A stretch of DNA of 64,000 bases, from the NCBI GenBank assembly GCA_002269645.1, contig NIVC01001860.1, forward strand, positions 164,990 to 228,989. Reading direction: 5' to 3'. Made by a program: the position numbers and the translations under genes. Position 1 is the first letter of the stretch. Each line of letters begins with the position of its first letter. Positions 35,811 to 48,037 of the stretch are shown one piece after another. Source of the DNA: Macrostomum lignano. Its lineage: Eukaryota. Below the pieces are notes generated by a model. It saw nothing but the letters and a program-made list of their open reading frames with translations. It did no database searches and had not been told where the DNA came from.

Positions 35811-38800
35811 ATGGCTGATTGCCTAAGAAAGCTTGTCACAATTAGGTCTTTTTCATTGCTGCAGGAACGACTGGACAGATGGAATCAAACATATAAGGTA
35901 CGCAAACTATAGCCTGCAGATACCGACACTCATATCAACACAATAACCCCTTAGATAAGAGTGTATAGTCGCAGCTCTGAAATAAATTTGGAAAACGAAA
36001 TATATATTGCATGGCAATAATAACATAATCAAAAGCCATAAATCTCTGGTTAACGAAAATACTTCTATCATTTTATCGCCGGTAAAAGTTTTTACCGTTC
36101 ATGCACATTGCACTATCTCAGCTGGGGGTGAATGCATTGCCCTGTAGACCCTAACTGGCCTATGACTCCCTATACCTAGTTTAGGCACTAGAACACTTAA
36201 GCAAAACTTTTCATGCCATAATTTATTTGCAGCACAATTCCTACGACGAAAATTTGGCGAATGCGTGCGAACTAATTGAACTGAATGCGCGAGTGCAGAG
36301 CCAGCTGTTTAAATTGCTCAGCCTTTGCGCAGCTGAAGGTAATTATATGCTACCTTTGTATGGAATTGCTTCAAATGAGGTACAATTAACTTCTTTTCAA
36401 TAAAGCTGAGTGTTTCAAAACCGTACGCGACTTCAGGTGACCTACTCGGTGCGCATCCAGCCACTATTCGAGCTCGACTGCAGCCGCTGCTCGGCCCGGA
36501 CTTTTTCGAATCCGCCGCCGCCGATCAAGCCGACGATGAGGACGATGACGTCCCCGCCGGCTGCCTGAGCGCTGACGCAGCGCTAAGCGTTATCGCCAAC
36601 GCTGGAGCTGCTCGTTCACATCAGCAGCCTGCCTGTGGTGCTCCAGGTAGACGATTCGTCGACGTCGACGAAGTCAAAATTCCCGGCGCTGAGTTGGACG
36701 AACTCGAGCATGACCTGCGCCTGATGCGGCGAGCCAACGACGGAATTCGGGCGCAGTGAGTCAAATTTATTACAAAGGCTTTAGCACCAACAGGTGACAC
36801 CCTGTCTAGCAGCTGACACTCCTGTCTAACAGCTGACACTCCTGTCTAACAGCTGACACTCCTGTCTAACAGCTGACACTCCTGTCTAACAGCTGACACT
36901 CCTGTCTAGCAGGTGACACATTTATCTAAAATGCATTTCATCCTTGCTAAACAGTCAAGCAGCACCTCATCCATCAGCTGATGATTCCTCAGTCTTGGAT
37001 TTGAGAATACAAAAAGAAAGCAATTCAAAAGAACAGTAGACACAGATGAGTAATATACTCGCAATTTGCCACCGATTATCGCCGCAGACTTGTACAGGCC
37101 AGAACGGAGCTGGAACGGCAGGCGAGAGTGTCAGCAGGTGAGAAGATGCTGGCTGACAACGAGATTCGAGAGCTCACTGCTAGGTGAGTGGCTAATCTAG
37201 TGGCGAAAATTCATGAGTTGTTCGGAGGGCTATGGGCACCCTGGCGCAACGCCTTTGGAGACGTCGTCTCGTTACAGCATCGACTCCTGAGCACATGCAA
37301 GTGCGCCAATACTGTACGCAGACATACTCTCATACACACGCTCACGCAGGGTGTACATTCTGTGTGCCTTGGGGCTTGGGTCCGTGGCGCGACAGTAAGA
37401 CGAGTTCACCACTGAACTGCGATTTGAGGCAAAATCGGGTCACTAATTAATAAATTTTCTACAAATTGAAAGTGATGAGCTGCATCTCAATGCCGGAGCT
37501 TGATGACTGCAAAATCTGCTCTGCACACCACCACAGGCTCACTAATTCAGAGGCCGAAAACGACCGGCTGAGAGCGCGGGTCCGCCAGCTTGAAGGGTAC
37601 GACAGACAAGTCCAGCGGCTTCGAGAGGACGTCACCGCGCTGCAGCAGCAGCAGAAACAGCAGAAACAGCAACAACAGCAAGAACTAGAGCGAGAGCAGC
37701 AGCAGCAGCAACAGCTGCAGCAGGAGTCGAGGAGGCCGCAGCAGCAGTCCCGATCGCGAGCTGCAACGCCCAGTGACGGAATCAGGCGACAGGCGCCCAT
37801 CACTGACGGGTAATGCGTGCTGCTTCGCTGCTGGCTGTGGTAGGGGGTGTCGGGGAGGGAGGTGGGTGTCGGGGAGGGAGGTGGGTGTCGGGGAGGGAGG
37901 TGGGTGTCGGGGAGGGAGGTGGGTGTCGGGAAGGGAGGTGGGTGTCGGGGAGGGAGGTGTGTGTCGGGGAGGGAGGTGGGTGTCGGGGAGGGAGGTGGGT
38001 GTCGGGAAGGGAGGTGGGTGTCGGGAAGGGAGGTGGTTGTCGGGAGGGAGGTGGGTGTCGGGGAGGGAGGTGGGTGTCGGGGAGGGAGATGGGTGTCGGG
38101 AAGGGAGGTGGTTGTCGGGGAGGGAGGTGGGTGTCGGGGAGGGAGGTGGGTGTCGGGGAGGGAGATGGGTGTCGGGGAGGGAGATGGGTGTCGGGAAGGG
38201 AGGTGGGTGTCGGGGAGGGAGGTGGGTGTCGGGGAGGGAGGTGGGTGTCGGGGAGGGAGGTGGGTGTCGGGGAGGAGTTGGGTGTCGGGAGGAAGGTGGG
38301 TTTCGGGGGGGAGGTGGGTGTCGGGGAGGGAGGTGGGTGTCGGGGAGGGAGGTGGGTGTCGGGGAGGGAGGTGGGTGTCGGGGAGGGAGGTGGGTGTTGG
38401 AGATAGTGAGTAGATGTGTATCGGGGTGGGAGCTGGGTGTCAGAGATTTGAGATCGGTGCAATAGAAGCCGTTGTGAGAAGTATGATTTGACTGTTGCAA
38501 GTTTGAGCTGTTGGAAAATCTGCAAGTAGACTGCGGCAACCCTCGACCCGATCAGAGCCCTCAGCGACACTGTGGACCGGCACCTGGCACAGCGGGGGCC
38601 ACCCGGGCCTCAGTCCCCGCTGTCGCTGAGCCATCCTTGGCAGCAGTCGCGCCAGCAGCACCTGATCGCCCGCTTCAACGAGGCTTTCACGGCGTCCCGA
38701 GCCGAAGCGATGGAGGCGCTGCGCTGTTGCTATGATGACCACGAGAACAACCAGAGAATTGTCTACGCTGCAGTTGTGGTGAGGGCGACTTCTAGGCTGA

Positions 38801-41800
38801 GCTGCTTCTCTCTGAGCTTTGGCAAAAATTCTCAGCATCCAAAACCAACCCGCAGGAATCCTTCAACTCGGCCAAAGTCGCCTTCCGATCCTTCAAAGCC
38901 CGCGTTCGGTCGCACCTGATTGCACGCAGGGTCGGCCCCGACCTGCTGGAGGAGGCTGTGCAGGACTTCATCAACTGCCACACGGATCTGTACGACTTGC
39001 ACACTTTGGTGCAGGTGAGACCAAATTCTTAAAAGTGCATCAGCAATTTTCAATGCTCAGTTGGACTGCAGTGACAGATGCTCGAACTTGCAGGAGGTGC
39101 TTCGCTGCCTCTCCCGCAACTCCCGCCTCTACCTGCCTCCGGGCATCGGCTATGACGTCATCGCACCGTTCGTCACCGAGTGCTGCCGCATCGCCTGGGA
39201 GATGACGGCTCTGGCGCATCCGCTCGATGTGGCCGTGGGATACGATGGGGAGCTGTTCGATGACTACAGGTGGGTCCTCGGATCACCCCATCCTCTAACC
39301 CCAACAGGTATCACCCACCCCATCCTCCACTCCAATAGCACCTACCCCATCCTCCACTCCAATAGCACCTACCCCATCCTCCATCCCGACAGGTATCACC
39401 CAACCCATCCTCCACCCCAACAGGTATCACGCACCCATCCTCCACCCCAACAGGTATCACGCACCCCATCCTCCACCCCAACAGGTATCACGCAACCCAT
39501 CCTTCATCCCAACAGGTACCGCCGTAGCTACGACTCAGAGTTCTCAGCCACGGGCGTGTCGCACCACATCTGGCCTGCCCTGATGCAGGGCTCCGGGCTG
39601 TTAATGAAAGGCGAGGCTTGCACCCGGAGGGGTCACGTGAGTACCAAAATTAATCTTAAAGCTCCGAGATAAATCACCGATGAGATTTAATAATCAAATT
39701 CATCAAAATCAAATAAAGAATTAGAAGGACGCTACGCTGGGAAATCGTATATGAAACTTTGAGTAAAGAACGAATATTCGTAAAAAAAAACAATTTTAGC
39801 AAACAGAGCTGCACATTAGTCTGCGGAATTCCCGTTTTCAATATAAATAAAATAACAACAAACTGAACTACGAGTAGAAACAATGAGTGGGGTGCAAACC
39901 TAAACAATTATATTGATAAGCATTAATGGGGGGATGCGTTGGGGGTGCTGATAAGAAATGAGGGTGAAGTGCGCAACTGAGGAGAGGCAAGATTGAAGAG
40001 CCAATCAGAAGGCTGTGGGGGAGAGATAAAATGATAAGACTAAACTGGACAGAGAGGGAGAGAAAACAGAAAAAACAGAGACGGGGAGGGTGGAGTGCGC
40101 AACTGAGGAGAGGCAAGATTGGAGAGCCAATCAGAAGGCAGTGGGGAGAGATAAAATGGTAAGACTAAACTGGACAGAGAGGGAGAGAAAACAGAAAAAA
40201 CAGAGACGGGGAGGGTGGAGTGCGCGACTGAGAAAAAGGGCGAGATTGAGATTGAAGAGCCAATTAGAAGGCTGCAAGGGGAGATAAGAAAAACAAGACT
40301 GAACCAGTCATCGAGGGGGAGAGTATTGTTATTCTTATATTTCTACTGCTAGTAGAGTACCAAATAAAATTTATTTATAATTCATCTTATATATGTAATA
40401 TTTCTTAATATTCTGATATTTACTGTAGCTAAAATATAAGTGATTTTAAAATAAATGCTACTATATTTTGAAATCCGTACATTTTTGATCCATCGATTTG
40501 GCAGTTTCTTCTACCCAATACTTCATAGCGGTCCGAAATATATGTATGATAATACGTTAAGTACTACAACTGCAAGTAAAAATACAACTGGTCTTCACTA
40601 CTCAACAGATTTAGTGCTGAAAATTGAGAACTGTCGATCTTTCTAATGTATTTTATAATGTAGAAGAGTGACCTCCAGCGAAAGAGGACTTGTTATGAAT
40701 ATAAAAGATGTATGGCCACTCTGTGTAACAAACTATTTATCCGGATTGCTCCAGCCAGGTGTAGGAGCCGCCACAGCAGGATAACTGCATGCTAGTCGAT
40801 GCGACAAGAGCGCACCAGGTATCCTGATGTTGTTGCGTCCGTTGTCAAGTATGCCTGAAAGGCCTGTGGGCACAGGCCAGCCCTTGAATTTTTATTGATT
40901 TCACGAAACCGCATTTCTAAGGGGTTTCTAATGGGTTGTAGCCTAGTAGTGGTCAGAGCGTCGGACTCACGCCTTGAAGGTCGGGGGTTCGATTCTCGAC
41001 CCACTCGGAACAATTCGTGTCCTTGAGCAAGACACTTAACTCTGCGTTGCTTCAGCTCACCCAGCTGTAAAATGGGTGCCAGCATTAGCTGGGGTAATTG
41101 AGGGTGTGTGCGGCGACCCCCCCCCCCCCCCCCCAGTCCTTGGACTGAACAGCCGTACGCAGCCTTCAGATGCGCCGCGCAATAGCTGCAGCTAAGCTGT
41201 CGGTTGCACATCTGCCCATTAGGCAAGGTGTAATCAATAATCAATTATTTATTACTCGTATTTACGAAACCGCGCACAAATCACGGATTTGCATGATTTT
41301 ACTCACAAATTGGTTGAGTTCACGTACATTTTATTTATTTATTTTTGTTTCATTTGATTAAAAAGAAATTGCCACTATGCACTGCATTATTATTTCTACT
41401 CCTGGCCACTGTATCCTTGCTTGCTTCACTTTTGGTGACTGAATGGCTTATGAAAACTCGGAATTGTATCAGCCTAATGACCTTTATTACTAACTCAAGT
41501 GCCGTATATTCTTGATGGCACCGAGGAAAGAGCGGTACAACACTGAAGGAGGGGCGGTAACACACTGAAGGAGGGGGCGGTAACACACTGAAGGAGGGGG
41601 CGGTAACACACTGAAGGAGGGGGCGGTAACACACTGATGGAGGGGCGGTAACACACTGAAGGAGGGGGCGGTAACACACTGAAGGAGGGGCGGTAACACA
41701 CTGAAGGAGGGGGCGGTAACACACTGAAGGGGGCGGTAACACACTGAAGGAGGGGGCGGTAACACACTGAAGGAGGGGGCGGTAACACACTGATGGAGGG

Positions 41801-44800
41801 GCGGTAACACACTGAAGGAGGGGGCGGTAACACACTGAAGGAGGGGGCGGTAACACACTGAAGGGGGGCGGTACCACACTGATGGAGGGGGCGGTAACAC
41901 ACTGATGGAGGGGCGGTAACACACTGATGGAGGGGGCGGTAACACACTGAAGGGGGCGGTAACACACTGATGGAGGGGGCGGTAACACACTGATGGAGGG
42001 CGGTAACACACTGAAGGAGGGGGCGGTAACACACTGAAGGAGGGGGCGGTAACACACTGAAGGGGGCGGTACCACACTGATGGAGGGGGCGGTAACACAC
42101 TGATGGAGGGGCGGTAACACACTGATGGAGGGGGCGGTAACACACTGAAGGGGGCGGTAACACACTGATGGAGGGGGCGGTAACACACTGAAGGGGGCGG
42201 TAACACACTGAAGGGGGGCGGTACCACACTGATGGAGGGGGCGGTAACACACTGATGGAGGGGGCGGTAACACACTGATGGAGGGGCGGTAACACACTGA
42301 TGGAGGGGCGGTAACACACTGATGGAGGGGCGGTAACACACTGAAGGAGGGGGCGGTAACACACTGATGGAGGGGCGGTAACACACTGAAGGAGGGGGCG
42401 GTAACACACTGAAGGAGGGGCGGTAACACACTGAAGGAGGGGGCGGTAACACACTGATGGAGGGGCGGTAACACACTGAAGGAGGGGGCGGTAACACACT
42501 GAAGGAGGGGGCGGTAACACACTGAAGGAGGGGGCGGTAACACACTGAAGGGGGCGGTACCACACTGATGGAGGGGGCGGTAACACACTGATGGAGGGGG
42601 CGGTAACACACTGATGGAGGGGGCGGTAACACACTGAAGGGGGCGGTAACACACTGATGGAGGGGGCGGTAACACACTGAAGGGGCGGTAACACACTGAA
42701 GGGGGCGGTACCACACTGATGGAGGGGGCGGTAACACACTGATGGAGGGGGCGGTAACACACTGATGGAGGGGCGGTAACACACTGATGGAGGGGCGGTA
42801 ACACACTGATGGAGGGGCGGTAACACACTGATGGAGGGGGCGGTAACACACTGAAGGGGGCGGTAACACACTGAAGGGGGGCGGTACCACACTGATGGAG
42901 GGGGCGGTAACACACTGATGGAGGGGCGGTAACACACTGATGGAGGGGCGGTAACACACTGATGGAGGGGCGGTAACACACTGAAGGGGCGGTAACACAC
43001 TGAAGGGGGGCGGTACCACACTGATGGAGGGGGCGGTAACACACTGATGGAGGGGGCGGTAACACACTGATGGAGGGGGCGGTAACACACTGATGGAGGG
43101 GGCGGTAACACACTGAAGGGGGCGGTAACACACTGAAGGGGGGCGGTACCACACTGATGGAGGGGCGGTAACACACTGAAGGAGGGGGCGGTAACACACT
43201 GAAGGAGGGGGCGGTAACACACTGATGGAGGGGCGGTAACACACTGATGGAGAGGGCGGTAACACACTGAAGGGGGCGGTAACACACTGATGGAGGGGCG
43301 GTAACACACTGATGGAGGGGCGGTAACACACTGATGGAGGGGCGGTAACACACTGATGGAGGGGGCGGTAACACACTGAAGGGGGGCGTTATCACACTGA
43401 AGGAGGGGGCGGTAACTGGTAATACAATGCTCAGGATGTGCGACTGCACTTGCAACCTTTGCATTAAGTTTTGTTATATTCTATCACTAGAGCCCAAGTA
43501 TTTCAGTTAATTTTACGTTGATTAAATACTAACACAATTCCCAAAAACAAATATTGATGTTAATCGGATAAATATTGTAATGTACTGCCACAGCCTGCTG
43601 TCAGTCATGACAAATCAAGTGCGTCATTCGAAATTTCTATTCTGTACTTCCTCAGGGTGCGGCGGGCCAAAGGGCGGCTGACAGACCTCCGAGCGGAGCT
43701 GCAACTTCCCATGGTGAGTATCTTGTATTAGTTGTTCACAAGTTGTTCGCGCATATGTCTCCAATGAGAGCTATAGCAGCGTCAGTCTAAAAATTTTTCG
43801 GGACTTTCAGAACAATGAAAAATGTGCTCTATTGGTTCACGTCCTTGAACTTTAACTATCAGCATATAAGGACAAGTGCTAGGATCTGGATGTGTTTTCC
43901 TATGCTTAGGTTGTAGGGCGTTGCCATGGATTTTATGGTGGGGGGACAAAGCCAAGAATTCAACATGTACATGAATAAATTCCTAGATTTCCACTATTTT
44001 GAGAATCGTGTTGTCAGCGCTCATTTTGGCGCCGCAGGCACTCATTTTGGCGCCGCCGGCACTCATTTTGGCGCCGCAGGCACTCATTTTGGCGCCGCAG
44101 GCACTCATTTTGGCGCTCTGAAGAAAAATGATTGATTAGCACAACGAGTTACAAGGTGGGGTGGGGGGACACAAAGCATTGGCATATCCTCCCATAGCTT
44201 TTACTGGGGGACATGTCCACCCCCCGGTGGCGACGCGCCTGTCGGGTTGTACACTTCGGGAAAGATTTGCGACTCCAGATTTTTGACATCAACTCATATA
44301 CTCGTAGATCACCAGGGGGAGGTGAACGCGTCCGACTCTCGACGACACTTCACGACCGCCGGTTCGATTCCAAATTAATCTGGGGCTTGTGCCAGAAAAT
44401 TGGGGGGGGGGGTTGTCATGCGATTCACAGACATGAGGACCACCAACTCCCCAAGGCCTTTCCAAGGCTCCCCAAGGTCAGTTTCTTTGCCTGTTATACT
44501 GGGGTTTTAGCCTAGTGGTCGGAGCGTCGGACTCACGACTTGAAGGTCGTGGGTTCGATTCTTGACTCACTCGGAGCAATTCGTGTCCTTGAGCAAGACC
44601 ACTTAAGAAGTCTGCATTGCTTCAGTTCACCCAGCTGTAAAATGGGTGCCAGTGTTAGCTGGGGTAATTGAGGGTGTGTGGCGACCCCCCAGTCCTTGGA
44701 GTGAACAGCCGTACGCAGCCTTCAGATGCGCCGCGCAATAGCTGCGGCTGAGCTGTCGGTTGCACATCTACTGGGGCAGGTGTAATCAGTTATTATTATT

Positions 44801-45041
44801 ATTATTATTGGCAGTTATACACTTTGGAAAGGCCAGCAAATCATACAGCTACAAAATCATCATTTATCCTCTTGCTGCAGATGCTGCGGGCCCATCGAAG
44901 GCCACTGCGGGTCGCAGGTCGCGCAGTCGCGGCGGCGGCGGCAAATCGGGATCAAAGACAGCGGCGGCGCCTGTGAAGCGGCGCCCGGCTTCAGCCAGCC
45001 GGCCTGTGATTGATAGCAGCGCCGCCTGTCGCAAGAAGTGA
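35811..45041 (+). CDS. SPATA18: Mitochondria-eating protein (Mieap/SPATA18); exons 35811-35897, 36233-36338, 36437-36755, 37088-37183, 37537-37809, (38444-38456?), 38530-38778, 38856-39014, 39094-39269, 39516-39636, 43656-43713, 44881-45041
   Basis: N-terminus MADCLRKLVTIRSFSLLQERLDRW..HNSYDENLANACELIELNARVQSQLF and C-terminal domain ECCRIAWEM...YRRSYDSEF...HIWPALM....MKGEACTRRG match Mieap as recalled. GT-AG junctions. The exon 5/6 phase and the last two exons are less certain. Confidence 0.88.
36794..36918. repeat. 20-bp minisatellite (~6 copies), same family as 13191-14145
   Basis: Unit ctgacactcctgtctaacag. Confidence 0.9.
37845..38400. repeat. G-rich 17-19-bp minisatellite in a Mieap intron (G-quadruplex-prone)
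   Basis: Unit ggggagggaggtgggtgtc. Confidence 0.95.
39290..39515. repeat. ~29-bp repeat filling a Mieap intron, containing repeated AG|GT sites
   Basis: Unit ccccatcctccaccccaacaggtatcac. Confidence 0.85.
39965..40300. repeat. ~125-bp purine-rich tandem duplication (~2.5 copies)
   Basis: gtgcgc(a/g)actgag recurs at 39969, 40095 and 40220. Confidence 0.8.
40933..41258 (+). mobile_element. tRNA-headed SINE with Nin/Deu-like core, copy 1
   Basis: A-box-like TAGTAGTGG, B-box GGTTCGATTC, core gtgtccttgagcaagacacttaac...cacccagctgtaaaatgggt, ATT-rich tail. Confidence 0.85.
41535..43410. repeat. 20-24-bp minisatellite (1.9 kb) in a Mieap intron
   Basis: Unit ggagggggcggtaacacactga(t/a). Confidence 0.97.
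43914..44241. mobile_element. hAT-like MITE containing a 21-bp x5 internal repeat
   Basis: Imperfect termini tagggcgttgcca / tggcgacgcgcctg. 8-bp flanks ttaggttg and tcgggttg (6/8 match). Internal gcactcattttggcgccgcag repeats. Confidence 0.55.
44501..44808 (+). mobile_element. tRNA-headed SINE, copy 2
   Basis: Collinear with 40933-41258. (ATT)n tail. Possible TSD gttatac. Confidence 0.88.
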
Positions 45042-46754
45042 ATGAAGCCTTGGACAGGGCTGCTCAAAGTTTAAAGGCGCTTCACCCCCCTCAAGTACTG
45101 CGTGTTTTTACAAGCAAACTGAATGACATGATATGACACGTCTGTATCGTCAATTTATATTTTTCGAGACAAGATTCAGGTCCACTAAAAGTACTCTGTT
45201 TCTTGGAAGTCTGTTGAAACTCAACGTTTTCCAGATATTTTACAGAAAAAATTGTCAACGCAGAAGACTAGGCAGGCAAGCTAAACCTTAAATCCGATCA
45301 TTCCGCAAAAAAGTTCATGTCGTACTTTATACTTCTCCTTGAGTCTTGAGCTTTCTGAGCTTTTGAAAAACACAAAATCCTACTGAAATTATCCTAGCAA
45401 CTATTTTTTAGAAGAAAAATTTTAAAAAGCTCCTGAATGTAGTTTAGTTATTGTCTGACTTATTGCATAAGCTTATTTTATTATCTTCTAGTTCTAATAA
45501 CTAACCAAACTAGGTGCTCTATTTAGTTAATTATAACAAAATTTTAGCCAACTATAAATCATTATTTCTACGCGCATCGGCTCAATTATTTATTTTGCAC
45601 AATTATATTCCATTGAAATTTGCTATTCCCGCTCAGTATGTTACCGCAATGTCCTGCAGCAGCACAATGATATTATGTACATTTATTTTTAGCCCAAATG
45701 CTTAATTGATAGCTTAAATAGAGAGATTTGTATTACCTACCCTGGCAGGTAGCGATTAGCGATAGGTGTACTTTTATTTCAAATGGACTGCTCAAAAATA
45801 ATTATCTAAATAGCCTACTGTTCTGGTTAGCTATTGTTTTCAAAAGCACTATTCTATAGCGGATACGTACTTTAGAGTTCAACTTAATAAGCGAAAAATT
45901 GTCTGATAGTCGTATAGAGTGCAGCGGATGGACATTCTAGACCGGGTCGGCCTAATCATCAAATTGGCTGACAATAATCCTTAACAATAAAAACCGCAAT
46001 TTCGATTTGTCTTAATATAGTCAAAATGACGCAGAAGCATTTTCGTGCATTTAGAACTGATTGTATGTGGCCCGGACCGCGAAGCCTCTCTCTCCGCGTC
46101 CCTCGGGTCCTTTGAAACTTCATAAGACCGATATCCGGCTCAAGGTCTAATCTTATTTCCTTTTCTCTCGTTTCATCTTTCATCTCATCTATCCTCTTAT
46201 CTATTCTTCCATCTGTGTATCAGAGACAGGGGCTGTGTGCTCCCTGGCGCACTTTAAGCGACATTGTCACACAACCGGCGAGAGGCATTGCTGCCCATTC
46301 CGCCGACTCCCCTGAGCAGACACAAGCGCGCGGATACGTACGCAGTCATACACACAGGCACACACTCACACAGGAGTGTACAGCGGCCCTAACTTTATTT
46401 ATCGTTAGGCATGTACAGTTCACTGCGCCTTGAGGGTTGGCCATCAAGGGCGTTAATTGCACGAGCAGAGCCAAGCCGAGATTCCAGATTCCAAGTCCTA
46501 AATTAATGTGACTGCAGTTGGAATCATTCTCTCATCTCCTCTCTCCTGCCTCTCCCTCCTCTATTGAATCACCAGCCATGAGCAGGGGATCTGGGCATTG
46601 AGGTAAAACCGGTTGCCGACCCCAGGTCTATCAGCACCAGTTGGGACTCTTTCTTGGATTAGCTAATGCAGCGACCGTTGCTGTGATGCAGTCTTTAGTT
46701 GTGCATATGGTTTCTGGTGTAGACAATTATATATTAAATTAAGAAGCCCTATCA

Positions 46755-47826
46755 ATAATATAGCATTTTCCAAGCCAATTGAGCCTAGGGGCAAGCAATT
46801 TAATCCTTATTGGGAGAATCAAGCTATTGAAGACTTGTTTTTCATTGTCTATGGCCAAAAAGGGGGTCTATGGAGTCTCTCAAAACAGTTTTGGACATAT
46901 TGAAATAAAAACCGATCAATCTTTACGTGCAGCCATCGCGAAATGTGCTCAGCACTCTTATCTCTCTCTTTCTCGAAAGCAACTTACGATCGACCATAGA
47001 CGTAAGTTGGGTAAGCTACACTTACGGGTTGCTCGAAGGGCTCGCAAGTTAGCTATGCGTAAGATTGATCGCAACTTTACGAGTTCGTAACTTTGCGCAA
47101 AAGACTGTTTCTCGAAACGTTCGTATGTCTATGGTCTTTCGTAAGGTTGATCTTAACCCTACGACTGCTCGGTATCAGTCGTAAGACGCACTTAAGCACT
47201 AATCGCATAGTACGTGAAGCTTTAGTCAAGCCAAGTCAAGTTAAACTTTATCGAAGGTGGGTCTTTCTCGAAAGCAACTTACGATAGACTAAGTAAATAT
47301 ATTTGCAGATTTATGACCATAGACATGCAACTTTTCGTTTCAGATACGACTTACGAACAGCGTAAGCCACGCAAAGTCTAAGTGAGTTTTGAGAAAGCGT
47401 CTTACGAGCAAACCTACGCTACACGTAAATTTCTTTCTTACGATCTAACTTACCATAGAACTTACGTGAGTTTCGAGAAACACCCCCCAGGTCGTACCTT
47501 TCGTTGCTTATCTTGCGATAGGGTTCTCGCCCTGCAGGATTCTGCTCATCCACTGCATCTTGGGCTGTAGCAGAACTTTCGTCACTGCTCTGCTCGCTAA
47601 ATTCTTCGTCTGCAATATCCATGTTTGTCTGATGAAATCTGTTAATTTCTATGGCCTGAGGCTTGCACAAATGTGAAAAGGATTATTTGCGCGTCCAAAT
47701 TCTCAAATTGGTTGCTCCATAGACCCCCTTTTTGGGCCATAGACAATGAAAAACAAGTCTTCAATAGATTGATTCTCCCAATAAGGATTAAATTGCTTGC
47801 TCAATTGGCTTGGAAAGTGCTACATT
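46755..47826. mobile_element. Foldback/MITE-like element with ~120-bp inverted repeats
   Basis: 46757-46875 is the reverse complement of 47716-47826. The interior is built of degenerate ctcgaaagcaacttacgat/accataga/cgtaag repeats. Confidence 0.7.
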
Positions 47827-48037
47827 GTCGTATTGAAAATAGTCCACTTGTGACTTTGACTTTTAAACAAGTACACAATTCGCTGAAAGTATATTTTTAC
47901 TAATTTGTTAAAGTGATTGTCTATGGCCTCGGTGGCGCATCTCTCTCTCTCCTGACGTATAAAGACCTTCGTAACCATGTTATCTATATTATTATATTAA
48001 ACACAATAGAAATATAGTTTCCGCAGCATAAAGAGTT

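Noticed and set aside
41350-43464. Long ORFs (600-700 aa) over the minisatellite, and similar ORFs over arrays at 13.1-14.1, 14.8-15.2, 20.1-22.1, 37.7-38.5, 54.3-55.1 and 55.7-56.8 kb
   Set aside because: They are translations of stop-free tandem repeats lying inside introns or spacers, with no start or splice context.
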